Assembly (NCBI GenBank): GCA_018263405.1
Contig: JAANXG010000076.1
Span: 1 to 40,312, forward strand
Reading direction: 5' to 3'
DNA from: Gammaproteobacteria bacterium
GTDB taxonomy: Bacteria; Pseudomonadota; Gammaproteobacteria; Arenicellales; JAANXG01
DNA: 40,312 bases
This document shows positions 16,324 through 26,400 of the stretch, piece after piece. The notes beneath the pieces were generated by a model, which saw nothing but the letters and a program-made list of their open reading frames with translations, was not told the DNA's origin and did not search any database. The translations under genes were made by a program, and so were the position numbers. Each line of letters begins with the position of its first letter. The first letter of the stretch is position 1.

Positions 16324-18669
16324 ATGGCGGACGCCGAACGCAGCCGGTTCATAGCGTGTGTGGAATCGGCGATTTTCGATCGCCGGGGGCTGGTGATCGG
16401 CGTTTTTGCGACCGTCACCATAGCCATGGTGTGGTTCGCGGCCCAGCTACGCATCGACGCCGGCTTTACCAAGTATTTACCGAAGGACCACCCGTACATG
16501 GAAACTTTTTTACAATACAGGGACGAATTCGGCGGGGCGAACCGTGTATTGATCGCCGTCAGGACGAAGGAAGGCGATATTTTTACTCCCGAGTTTTTCA
16601 ACACGCTGAAAGAAGCCACGGACGAAGTGTTTTTTCTGCCGGGCGTCAACCGCGGCAGCGTCAAATCGCTGTTCACGCCCAACGTGCGCTTCACCGAGGT
16701 GGTGGTCGGTGGAATATCCGGGGGCAACGTGGTACCCGCGGACTTCGAGCCCACGGAACAAGGACTGCAGGAGGTCAGGCAAAATATCCTGAAGGCGGGC
16801 ATCGTGGGCCGCCTGGTGGCCAACGATTTCAGCGGGGCGATGATCGGTGCCGAGTTGCTGGAGTTCGATCCCAACACCGGCGAGCCGCTGGACTACGTGG
16901 AGGTGGCCCACCGGCTGGAGAAAAAAATCCGCGACCGGTTCTCCACCCATAACGGCAAGGAATACGACATTCATATCATCGGTTTCGCCAAGATGGTCGG
17001 CGATATCACCGATGGAGCCGGGCGCGTCGTGCTCTTCTTTTTCATCGCCTTTGTCATCACCGCGATACTGATAATCGCCTACACCAGTTCCTGGCGGGTC
17101 ATGGGATTGATACTGGGTTGTTCTCTTCTTGCCGTCGTGTGGCAATTGGGGCTGCTGCCGATCCTGGGCTTCGGGTTGGACCCGATGTCCATTTTGGTTC
17201 CGTTCCTGGTGTTTGCCATTGCCGTCAGCCATGCCATGCAGATGGTGAGTGCGGCCCGTGCCGAGATTTTTCTCGGCTCGGATTTCAATCAGGCCGCCCG
17301 CAAGGCGTTCAGGCGCGTGTTGCTTCCCGGTACCGTGGCGCTGGCCAGCGACACCATCGGTTTCATCGCGAGTATGCTTACCTTCAACGCCCTCGCCGGG
17401 CTAATGGCCATCACCGCCAGCCTGGGGGTGGCCGTGGTTATTCTGACCAATCTCGTCCTGCTGCCGGTCTTGTTGACTTATTTGACGTTCGCGCGGGAAT
17501 ACCGGGTGCGGCTGGAACAACGGGCGCGGGCGTTCGGCAGATTTTGGGAGATTCTTTCCAGAACGGCCACCAAACGCGGGTCCGTGCTGGTATTGGCCTG
17601 CGGGACCGGCCTGCTGGCGGTGGGTTTGTGGCGCGGAGCGGACGTTGCGATCGGTGACCTCCACCCCGGCGTACCCGAGCTGAGGCCGGATTCGCGGTAC
17701 AACCAGGACACTATTGCCATCACGGAGAACTTCTCTATTGGGGTCGATGTGATGTCGGTGTTCGCGGAAACAATCCCCCAGGGATGCATCGACTATCAGG
17801 CGATGAGGGCCATCGACGATTTCGGCTGGTGGATGAGCAACGTCGAGGGCGTGCAGTCCACTCTGTCGTTGCCCAAAGTCGCCAAGGGTGTTAATGCGGG
17901 GTGGAACGAGGGCAGTCTCAAGTGGCATGTATTACCTAGAAACCAGGCGGCCCTGGTGCAGGCGACCAGCCCCGTCGATACCAGTTCCGGCCTTCTCAAC
18001 GGCGACTGCAGTGTAATGCCTGTCATGCTGTTCACCACCGATCACAAGGCCTCGACCATTGACCGCATCGTGCGGAAGGTCAAGGATTACGAGGGGCAAT
18101 ATGGCTCCGAATCGGCGCATTTTCGACTCGCCGGAAGTATCGTGGGCGTCTGGGCGGCGACCAACGAAGCCGTTGAGGCGGCGCAGTTTCCCATTTTGTT
18201 TTATGTATTCTCTGCAATTATCATTCTGTCCCTGGTGTCGTTTCGCAGCGTCGCCGGTACCTTGTGCATCGTGTTGCCCTTGGGGTTGGTTTCATTGCTG
18301 GCTTATGCCCTGATGAATACGCTGGAAATCGGGTTGAAGGTGAATACTTTGCCCGTGGTCGCCTTGGGCGTGGGGATCGGGGTGGATTACGGCATCTATA
18401 TATTCAGCCGTTTCCAGAGCCTCCTAAAAGAGGGCTATTCCATCGCCGAGGGCTATTGCACCACTTTGGCGATAACCGGATTCGGAGTGATTTTTACCGG
18501 CTGTACCCTTGCCATTGGGGTAGCGACCTGGATCTTCTCGCCGCTCCAGTTTCAGGCCGACATGGGAATTTTGCTTACATTTATGTTTATTATGAATATG
18601 TTAGGTGCTATTTTACTGCTGCCCGCGTTGGCAGTCTGGCTGCTGGTAGACTCCCAGCATCAGTCCTGA
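16324..18669 (+). CDS. RND-superfamily (MMPL/HpnN-like) membrane transporter
   Basis: ~780 aa with two blocks of ~6 hydrophobic helices, each preceded by a large soluble loop (RND topology). ATG 16324 lies 1 nt after the upstream TAA, suggesting translational coupling. Confidence 0.85.
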   Translation: MADAERSRFIACVESAIFDRRGLVIGVFATVTIAMVWFAAQLRIDAGFTKYLPKDHPYMETFLQYRDEFGGANRVLIAVRTKEGDIFTPEFFNTLKEATDEVFFLPGVNRGSVKSLFTPNVRFTEVVVGGISGGNVVPADFEPTEQGLQEVRQNILKAGIVGRLVANDFSGAMIGAELLEFDPNTGEPLDYVEVAHRLEKKIRDRFSTHNGKEYDIHIIGFAKMVGDITDGAGRVVLFFFIAFVITAILIIAYTSSWRVMGLILGCSLLAVVWQLGLLPILGFGLDPMSILVPFLVFAIAVSHAMQMVSAARAEIFLGSDFNQAARKAFRRVLLPGTVALASDTIGFIASMLTFNALAGLMAITASLGVAVVILTNLVLLPVLLTYLTFAREYRVRLEQRARAFGRFWEILSRTATKRGSVLVLACGTGLLAVGLWRGADVAIGDLHPGVPELRPDSRYNQDTIAITENFSIGVDVMSVFAETIPQGCIDYQAMRAIDDFGWWMSNVEGVQSTLSLPKVAKGVNAGWNEGSLKWHVLPRNQAALVQATSPVDTSSGLLNGDCSVMPVMLFTTDHKASTIDRIVRKVKDYEGQYGSESAHFRLAGSIVGVWAATNEAVEAAQFPILFYVFSAIIILSLVSFRSVAGTLCIVLPLGLVSLLAYALMNTLEIGLKVNTLPVVALGVGIGVDYGIYIFSRFQSLLKEGYSIAEGYCTTLAITGFGVIFTGCTLAIGVATWIFSPLQFQADMGILLTFMFIMNMLGAILLLPALAVWLLVDSQHQS

Positions 18670-18706
18670 ATCCATATCATATACTGTATCGTTTGGCGAA
18701 AATCCG

Positions 18707-19342
18707 ATGAGTAATAATGTGACTAATAAAATAGCCAAATTCACCCGCGAGAATCGCGATACCAAACTCACGTTTTTTCAGGGGTTTTTAAGGCGCCCCC
18801 AAACCGTGGGTTCGGTGATCCCCAGTTCGAAGTTTCTTGTGCGCCGGATTTTGAAGCTTGCGGACATCAGGGAAAATGACACCGTGGTGGAGCTGGGTCC
18901 GGGCACGGGTGGTACGACGCATGCGTTGTTGAACAAATTGGGTCCGACCGGGAGACTTCTCGGTATCGAAGTAGAGTGGAAATTCGTCGAACTGCTGCAA
19001 CAGATCGACGACGCCCGTTTGATCCCGCATCACGGCAGTGCGGAGGACATATCGAATATTCTAAAAGACCATGGACTGGGCAAGCCGGATGTCGTGATAT
19101 CGGGTATCCCGTTTTCAACGATGCCGGCTGAAGCCGGCCAGAAAATCGTGCGTGCAATTTTCAGCGTTCTGCCGCCCGGCAAGAGTTTCGTTGCCTACCA
19201 ACTCCGGGATCGTGTTGCCGAATTAGCTGCACCCGTTTTCGGAAAACCCGAAGTATCTCTTGAGTTGATCAATATTCCGCCCATGCGGGTTTATAAATGG
19301 TCCGTTAAAGACAAACCGGATTTGGTGCGCGAAACGGCCTGA
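18707..19342 (+). CDS. Class I SAM-dependent methyltransferase (phospholipid N-methyltransferase-like, COG3963-like)
   Basis: Motif I 'VVELGPGTGGTT', preceded by 'FLRRPQTVGSVIPSS', which is characteristic of this small MTase family. 211 aa. Confidence 0.7.
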   Translation: MSNNVTNKIAKFTRENRDTKLTFFQGFLRRPQTVGSVIPSSKFLVRRILKLADIRENDTVVELGPGTGGTTHALLNKLGPTGRLLGIEVEWKFVELLQQIDDARLIPHHGSAEDISNILKDHGLGKPDVVISGIPFSTMPAEAGQKIVRAIFSVLPPGKSFVAYQLRDRVAELAAPVFGKPEVSLELINIPPMRVYKWSVKDKPDLVRETA

Positions 19343-19445
19343 CCGAATTTTACCGTAGCTGATCATGTCGGTGTGTCACCGTCACCGTCTGTTTTCTTCG
19401 CGGCATCCACAGCAGAAAAAGTCTAACGCCTCGATCCTGCAATAG

Positions 19446-20081
19446 TCAGTATTTAGCCGCCACCTTTAAGACGTGGCGATCCCCCGAGAGTTCGCGGAAG
19501 TGATCCGCATGTTCAAGCAGAATATGCGCGGTAGATTCCCTGAAATTAGTGACTTCGACCTTGCAGCCACGGCTTTTCAAATACCAGATCAGCGGCAGGT
19601 AGTCCTTGTCCCCGGCGAGCAGAACAATGGCGTCTACTTTCTCCGCCAGGGTGATAGCGTCGATGATTAGATACGGGTCTACGGATTTTTCCGGCTGTCT
19701 GACCTCGCCGCCCAATTCTTCCGTCCACATCTTTTCAAATTTGTAGTTGATCGGACGCGACTGTTTTTTGTAGTAAATCATGCGTACGATGCGGCGGTAA
19801 TTCGCCACGTCTGAAACTATTGATCGCCATTCGGGATAGTACATGTACTTCACTTCCGAGTTGTATGTGGTGAACATATTTTCAACGGTGATTTCCAGGG
19901 TCTCGCTGTCGATAAGTACGGCGATCCGTTGATCGCTGCGTATGCGTTTTCGAGCGAGTTCATGCTCGTTCCCTTGCGGTTGATTATCTGAGTCTATGGC
20001 GGTGTTGACCGACCGAGAGCGGCTTTCTCCGGGTAGGATGGAGTTGCCGTTAGCGCTGTTGTGATGATTATTTTCGTACAT
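19446..20081 (-). CDS. NYN/LabA-like (PIN-fold nuclease) domain protein with low-complexity N-terminus
   Basis: 'RIAVLIDSETL', 'VDPYLIIDAITLA' and 'LLAGDKDYLPLIWYLKSRGCKVEV' match the NYN/LabA acidic-residue pattern. ATG 20081 is preferred because the ORF-track start at 20294 would overlap the divergent SDR gene. Local GC is ~40-45%. Confidence 0.7.
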   Translation of the reverse strand: MYENNHHNSANGNSILPGESRSRSVNTAIDSDNQPQGNEHELARKRIRSDQRIAVLIDSETLEITVENMFTTYNSEVKYMYYPEWRSIVSDVANYRRIVRMIYYKKQSRPINYKFEKMWTEELGGEVRQPEKSVDPYLIIDAITLAEKVDAIVLLAGDKDYLPLIWYLKSRGCKVEVTNFRESTAHILLEHADHFRELSGDRHVLKVAAKY

Positions 20082-20229
20082 GTTGGGTTGTGCCTTGTTT
20101 GTTTCTATATCGCTTTTATCGTTAATTCTGTCGAACTGCGGCCAAAAATAACCGACTTTTCTTTCGACATGTACAAGTGTCCCTTTTATATTATAGGGAC
20201 GAAACTGAAGAAGGAAGTATTCTGTATTT

Positions 20230-21048
20230 ATGCGAAATTCGATCGATTTTTCCAACAAAGTCGTGTTCGTGGCCGGAGGTACCAGCGGTATCAACCTGGG
20301 TGTGGCGGAGGGGTTTGCCCGTGCCGGCGCCAGATTGGCGGTGCTCAGTCGCAGTCAGGATAAAGTGGATGCCGCGGTTGAGAAACTGTCGGCATACGGC
20401 GAGTCCGCCATGGGAGTCGCGGCCGACGTGCGTGACTACGAGGCCGTGGAAGATGCGTTCCGGAAGGCCCGGACCGAGGCAGGACCGGTGGATGTGCTTG
20501 TTTCCGGAGCAGCCGGAAATTTTCCGGCCAGGGCGCTTGATATGTCTTCCAATGGTTTTCGGGCCGTCGTCGATATTGACCTCGTGGGCACTTACCACGT
20601 GATGCGTGCGGGCTATGATGTGCTGCGTAAACCTGGGGCCTGCGTCATTAACATATCGGCGCCACAGGCCTTTGTACCGGCTCCCCTTCAGTCGCATGTC
20701 TGCGCCGCCAAAGCGGGCGTGGATATGTTGACCCGCGTCCTGGCGTTGGAATGGGGCGGGGCGGGAGTGCAGGTCAATTCAATCGTCCCGGGCCCGATCA
20801 GGGATACGGAAGGCATGGCCCGCCTTGCGCCCACCGAATCCATGCAGCAGGCCGTGGCGAACAGCGTGCCACTGAAACGCATGGGTGAAAAGGAGGATGT
20901 GGCGAGTTTTGCGCTCGCGTTGGCATCGCCTTTAGGGGCGTATGTCAGCGGCGCGGTGATCCCGGTGGACGGCGGGTGGTCGCTGACGGGATTTGGCGAG
21001 ATGATGAGCCAGTTGGCGGATATGATTCAGCAATCCAAAACCGGCTGA
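20230..21048 (+). CDS. SDR-family oxidoreductase (2,4-dienoyl-CoA reductase/DECR-like)
   Basis: Rossmann motif 'VAGGTSGINLG'. 'NISA...HVCAAKAG' occupies the position of the catalytic YxxxK, as in DECR-like SDRs. RBS gaaggaag precedes the ATG. Confidence 0.85.
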   Translation: MRNSIDFSNKVVFVAGGTSGINLGVAEGFARAGARLAVLSRSQDKVDAAVEKLSAYGESAMGVAADVRDYEAVEDAFRKARTEAGPVDVLVSGAAGNFPARALDMSSNGFRAVVDIDLVGTYHVMRAGYDVLRKPGACVINISAPQAFVPAPLQSHVCAAKAGVDMLTRVLALEWGGAGVQVNSIVPGPIRDTEGMARLAPTESMQQAVANSVPLKRMGEKEDVASFALALASPLGAYVSGAVIPVDGGWSLTGFGEMMSQLADMIQQSKTG

Positions 21049-21060
21049 TGTGGACCACTT

Positions 21061-21507
21061 ATGAGTACGGTGCAAAAGTTGAAAATTCTGGGATGGCGGG
21101 AGTGGGTGTCGTTACCCGATTTGGATGTTCATCGGATTAAGTGCAAAGTCGACACGGGGGCGAGGTCATCCGCGCTGCATACATATTTTATCGAGCGTTT
21201 TCATGATAAGGGTGCACCGCGGGTGCGGTTCGGTGTACATCCAAAGCAATCTAGTTCAGAATTTAAAATCATATGTGAAGCGGATGTCCTTGATGAGTGG
21301 GACGTAACCGACTCCGGCGGCCATAGGGAACGGCGTATAGCGATCTCGACAACGCTCGAAGTAGGCCCCGATGCGTGGCCCATCGAAATTACTTTGGCCG
21401 ATCGCGATTCCATGAAATTTCGAATGCTGCTTGGTCGCTCCGCGATCGGTGGCGGATACCTGGTAAACCCCGCTATTTCATTCAACCTGGGAAAAATTAG
21501 GGATTAA
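21061..21507 (+). CDS. RimK-associated retropepsin-like protein ('ATP-dependent zinc protease' family, RimB-like)
   Basis: 148 aa with aspartic-protease signature '[12 protein letters not shown]'. Located directly upstream of rimK, as in the known rimB-rimK arrangement. Confidence 0.75.
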   Translation: MSTVQKLKILGWREWVSLPDLDVHRIKCKVDTGARSSALHTYFIERFHDKGAPRVRFGVHPKQSSSEFKIICEADVLDEWDVTDSGGHRERRIAISTTLEVGPDAWPIEITLADRDSMKFRMLLGRSAIGGGYLVNPAISFNLGKIRD

Positions 21508-21511
21508 CCCG

Positions 21512-22420
21512 ATGCGGATAGCTTTGCTCAGCCAGTTCGGAACCCGTCTACATTCGAACAAACGGCTTTTGCAAGCCGCTAAGGAACGTGGCCACGAAAT
21601 CGAAGTGATCCCGACGCTGAAGTGTTATATGGATATCGCTTCCCATCAGCCAAGTGTGCATTTGGCCGGCAAGGAGTTGGAATTTTTTGACGCCGTCATT
21701 CCCCGAATAGGCGTGTCGGTGACGTTCTACGGGTGTGCGGTGCTGCGTCAGTTCGAGATGATGGGCACCTACCCGTTGAACGAGTCGGTCGCCATTACGC
21801 GCTCCCGCGACAAACTTCGTTCTTTGCAGATCTTGTCCCGCGCGGGTATTGGTCTTCCACTGACCGGATTTGCCGCCTTGACGCAGAACACCCAGGACTT
21901 GATTCAGATTGTCGGGGGCGCGCCGCTGGTGGTCAAACTACTGGAAGGCACGCAGGGTCAGGGCATTGTGCTGGCGGAAACCCGCAAGGCGGCGGAGACC
22001 ATTATCGACGCATTCCGGCAGCTTCGCGCCGAATTCCTGGTGCAGGAGTTCATCAAAGAAGCCGGCGGTTCGGACATCCGGGCGTTTGTGATTGGTGGCA
22101 AGGTTGTTGCCGCCATGATGCGCAGCGCCAAGGAAGGAGAATTTCGTTCCAACCTGCACCGGGGCGGCACGGCGAAGGTTATACGCTTGACACCTGAAGA
22201 ACGCTCTACGGCCACGCGTGCCGCCAAGAAGATGGGTCTTAACGTCGCCGGGGTGGACATTCTGCGCTCCAACCACGGCCCGGTTGTGATGGAGGTCAAT
22301 TCTTCTCCCGGACTGGAAGGCATCGAGAAGGCGACTAACAAGGACGTGGCCTCATTGATCATAGAGTTCATGGAGAAAAACGCCAAGTGGAACCGTACCA
22401 AAACACGCGGCAAGGGTTGA
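21512..22420 (+). CDS. rimK: Ribosomal protein S6--L-glutamate ligase (ATP-grasp)
   Basis: Near-collinear with E. coli RimK: 'FDAVIPRIG', '[27 protein letters not shown]', '[15 protein letters not shown]', 'FRSNLHRGG', '[26 protein letters not shown]'. Confidence 0.95.
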   Translation: MRIALLSQFGTRLHSNKRLLQAAKERGHEIEVIPTLKCYMDIASHQPSVHLAGKELEFFDAVIPRIGVSVTFYGCAVLRQFEMMGTYPLNESVAITRSRDKLRSLQILSRAGIGLPLTGFAALTQNTQDLIQIVGGAPLVVKLLEGTQGQGIVLAETRKAAETIIDAFRQLRAEFLVQEFIKEAGGSDIRAFVIGGKVVAAMMRSAKEGEFRSNLHRGGTAKVIRLTPEERSTATRAAKKMGLNVAGVDILRSNHGPVVMEVNSSPGLEGIEKATNKDVASLIIEFMEKNAKWNRTKTRGKG

Positions 22421-23466
22421 TGGCCAAACGGAAACGGGGCAGTGGGCGTTTCGGTGTATCGGACCTGACGATCAACGGGACTAGCATTGGTCCTGGAACC
22501 CGCACGACCCTGGAATTACCGATTCCCCATTTATATACCCACACCGAGATGGGGATGGTCGTACATGTCATTCGGGGCGACCGGAAAGGACCGCACCTGT
22601 TTGTCAGTGCGGCGATGCACGGAGACGAGATTCTCGGGATCGAAATTGTACGGCGCCTGGTGCGCCACAGGTCGATGTCAAGAATTCGCGGTACATTGCT
22701 GGCGGTTCCGATTGTCAATCCTTACGGTGTCCTCGCCCAATCCCGGTATCTCCCCGACCGGCGCGATCTCAATCGATCGTTTCCGGGCAATAACACGGGT
22801 TCGCTGGCGGCACGCTTGGCGCATTTGCTGATGACTGAAATCGTCTCCAATGCCACCCATGGTATCGACTTGCATACCGGAGCCCAGCACCGATTCAATC
22901 TGCCACAGATACGCACCGATCTAAGCGATCCCGAGAACCTGAGACTGGCGCGGGCATTCGATGTCCCCGTGTTAATCGATTCGAACATTCGCGACGGTTC
23001 ATTACGCGCTGAAGTCAGCGAACAGGGGCTGCCGATGCTGTTGTATGAAGCAGGGGAAGCGCTGCGTTACGACGAACTGTCCGTTCGTATCGGTGTTCGT
23101 GGTGTAATCGGGGTGATGCGTGAACTTGGCATGCTTCCGGCCGCGCGGCGCGCCAAAAAGACACGAGAGCCTTACAGATCGAAAAGCAGTCGTTGGATAC
23201 GTGCCCCCAAAGGGGGTGTTCTGCTGGGAGTCAAAGCATTGGGTGTGGATGTGGCCGAAGGAGACACGCTGGCCACGGTCGCGGACCCGTACGGTGAAAG
23301 CGAGGAGGAGATCATTGCACAGTTTTCAGGCATCGTGATCGGACGTACTCATCTTCCGCTCGTCCACGAAGGCGACGCGGTGTTGCATGTTGCAAAATTT
23401 TCCGACGTAGAAGAAGTCGCCGAGTATGTCGATACTTTTCAGTCCGAGTATCTCGAACGGGAATAA
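22420..23466 (+). CDS. Succinylglutamate desuccinylase/aspartoacylase (AstE/AspA, M14-like zinc deacylase) family protein
   Basis: Zinc-binding 'AAMHGDEILG', 'DLNRSFPG' and 'IDLHTG' signatures. Its start overlaps the rimK stop (ATGA at 22418-22422). The ORF-track start at 22387 lies inside rimK. Confidence 0.8.
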   Translation: MAKRKRGSGRFGVSDLTINGTSIGPGTRTTLELPIPHLYTHTEMGMVVHVIRGDRKGPHLFVSAAMHGDEILGIEIVRRLVRHRSMSRIRGTLLAVPIVNPYGVLAQSRYLPDRRDLNRSFPGNNTGSLAARLAHLLMTEIVSNATHGIDLHTGAQHRFNLPQIRTDLSDPENLRLARAFDVPVLIDSNIRDGSLRAEVSEQGLPMLLYEAGEALRYDELSVRIGVRGVIGVMRELGMLPAARRAKKTREPYRSKSSRWIRAPKGGVLLGVKALGVDVAEGDTLATVADPYGESEEEIIAQFSGIVIGRTHLPLVHEGDAVLHVAKFSDVEEVAEYVDTFQSEYLERE

Positions 23467-26400
23467 TTACGAACCTATCGATACGTGATCGACGAGTCTT
23501 TTTAGCTCGCGCGCCCCGACGGTAATCATCGCGAAGTCCGGTTTGTCGGTGTCCGTCAGCTCGGACAGCACGGCGCGCAAGCGTTCGTATCGGTGGTGAT
23601 TGTTCTCAACCCACACGGCGATGGCGTTTTCGATATCACCGATTCCATTGCCCGTGGAGTTGGCGACATCCAGGGTTAACAAGTGCTGATAACGGTATAG
23701 ATCCCAATACAGTCCGTCCTGAGCACGCCGCTGCCAATGCCGGCCTACTTCCAGTTGTGACAACTGTTCCCGGAGCCAGTAGAGTTCAAACCGATTCCCG
23801 AGCCGGAAATACAGTTTCGCAATCTGTTCCAGATTCTTATTGCAGCTCGATGCCGCCTCGATGATATCCAGACCGGACAAGAGGGCGCCCAAGGAAGCGC
23901 ATCTGCGCGCCGCTTCCGGAGGTACACCGTGCTTTTCAAGCTGCCCGGCTTTGGCCATGAGACCGTCTCGATGGGGTTCGACCACCAACTCGTAGAGATC
24001 GGTTCTTATGGTTTCGATTCCCTCTCGAAATTGTTCAACAGCCTTGCTGATATCCAGCGGTAATTCGGCATTTTGCAGCAGCCAGGCCGCGGCTCGCTCG
24101 ATCAGTCGACCTCCCTCGAGGAGCATCTCCATCTGTACGTCCGTGGCAACCTTGTTGTCGAGGGATTCGATATCTCTTCTGTAGGTCGGTAAATCGAAGA
24201 TATCCCGCGCAGCGGCGTAAGCGCGAAACAGATTATCGATGGAGTACCCCAGTTCGTCGCAATATCGCTGCACGATCGTGAAACCGGCTGAATTGACCAG
24301 ACTGTTGGTTAAATGGGTAGCGATAATCTCGCGGCGCAAAGGATGGTATTCCATACCGGTCTCATGCCGCTTGCTGAGCACGTTCGGGAAGTAGCGCTGC
24401 AGGTCAGTTGACAGCCACGGATCCTCCGGCGCATCGGAAGCCAGCAACCTTTGATATACGTCGATCTTGACATAGGAGAGCAGAATAGCCAGCTCCGGTT
24501 TACACAGCCCCTCGTGCTCATTCTGGCGTTCCTTGATGAGATCTTTGCTGGGCAGATATTCCAGATCCCGGTCCAGCAAACCTTTACGTTCCAGGGCCCG
24601 CATAAGCCTGACATAGGAATCGAATCTCTCCCGGCGCTGGTAGTTGGAAATGCTGATCGCCTGGCCCTGGCGGTAGTTGTTGTTTAATACGAGGCTTGCC
24701 ACTTCATCCGTCATTTCGTGAAGCAGGGCATTGCGTTCATCCATATCCATATTGCCCTCGGCCACCACGTGGCTCAGCAAGGTCTTGATATTCACTTCGT
24801 GGTCGGAACAGTCCACGCCGCCCGAATTATCGATGGAGTCCGTGTATATCAGACCGCCCTTGCGGGCAAATTCAATCCGTCCCAGTTGGGTGAATCCCAG
24901 GTTGCCGCCCTCGCCAACCACTTTGCACCGTAGATCGGTGCCGTTGGCCCGTATGGCGTCGTTGGCCCGGTCGCCGGCGTCGGCGTGTGTCTCGTTACGG
25001 CTTTTGACGAATGTACCGATGCCCCCGTTCCAGAACAGCTCCACGGGGGCTTTTACGATGACGGACATCAGTTCGTTGGGAGTGAGAACCGACCGTTGAA
25101 CGTCGAGCACCTTGCGGGCCTGTTCGGACAAATTGATGGACTTGGCGCTGCGCTTGTACACGCCGCCGCCCTCGGAGATTAAATCGGTGTCGTAATCCGT
25201 CCAACCGGAACGAGGTAGGTTGAACAACCGTTCCCGTTCGCGGAAACTGGACTCCGGGTCCGGGTCGGGGTCAATGAATATATGGAGATGGTTGAATGCC
25301 GCAACGAGCTTGATTTGCCGCGACAACAGCATGCCATTGCCGAACACGTCGCCACCCATGTCCCCGATTCCGATAACCGTGAACGGTTCCACCTGGCAGT
25401 CTTTGCCGAGTTCACGAAAATGGCGTTTCACCGATTCCCAGGCACCGCGCGCTGTGATGCCCATGGTTTTATGGTCGTAGCCAACCGATCCACCGGATGC
25501 AAATGCATCGCCAAGCCAGAAATTGTTTTTGACGGCGATGCCATTGGCAATATCCGAAAATGTCGCGGTTCCCTTGTCGGCCGCGACGACCAAATAAGGA
25601 TCATCGTCGTCATACCGCACCGTGTTCCTCGGCGGTACGATTTCGCTTTCGACCCGGTTGTCGGTTAGATCCAGAAGTCCCTGGATGAATGTGCTGTAAC
25701 AGCGGACTACCTCATCCTTGAGCGCATCCGGGTTTGACGGTTGTTGTTTGACGACGAAGCCGCCCTTGGCACCCACCGGAACAATCACCGCGTTCTTTAC
25801 CATTTGTGCCTTCATTAGGCCGAGTATTTCGGTGCGAAAGTCCGCACGACGGTCTGACCACCGCAGTCCACCCCGGGCAACCTTGCCGCCGCGCAGGTGT
25901 ACGCCCTCGACCCAGGGTGCGTATACGAAAATCTCGAAGTTTGGCCGGGGCTTGGGCGCGGCGCTGATATCCTCGGGGTTTAACTTGATGACAAGGTAAG
26001 AAGACGGTTTGCCGTCTTCGTCCTTCTGGTAGTAGTTGGTTCGAAGCGCCGCGAGGATCACGGACAAATAAAGGCTCAATATTCGATCTTCGTCCAGGCT
26101 GCCGACATCATTGATCAGCTCTTGAATTTCGGTTTTCAACCCGTTAAGACGAGCTTCATTGCTTGTCCGATGCGGATTAAAGCGGGCTTCAAAAAATTCC
26201 ACCAGCGCTTTGGCGATTGCGCCGTTGTGAGAAAGCGTATTTTCAATGTATGCCTGGCTAAAAGGCACGCCGAGCTGGAGAAGGTAACGGCACAGCGCGC
26301 GCAGGACCATAGCCTGCCGCCAGTTCAGGTCAGCTTCCAGTACTAATCGATTGAATCCGTCATTCTCGATTTCGCCCTGATAGACGCCGACAATCGCGTC

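Noticed and set aside
13830-16877. 1015-aa ORF on the minus strand
   Set aside because: It runs antisense to three plus-strand genes (DUF1329, propeller, RND) that have signal peptides, RBSs and recognisable motifs. Its translation is Arg/Pro/Gly-rich low-complexity sequence, typical of antisense frames in GC-rich coding DNA.
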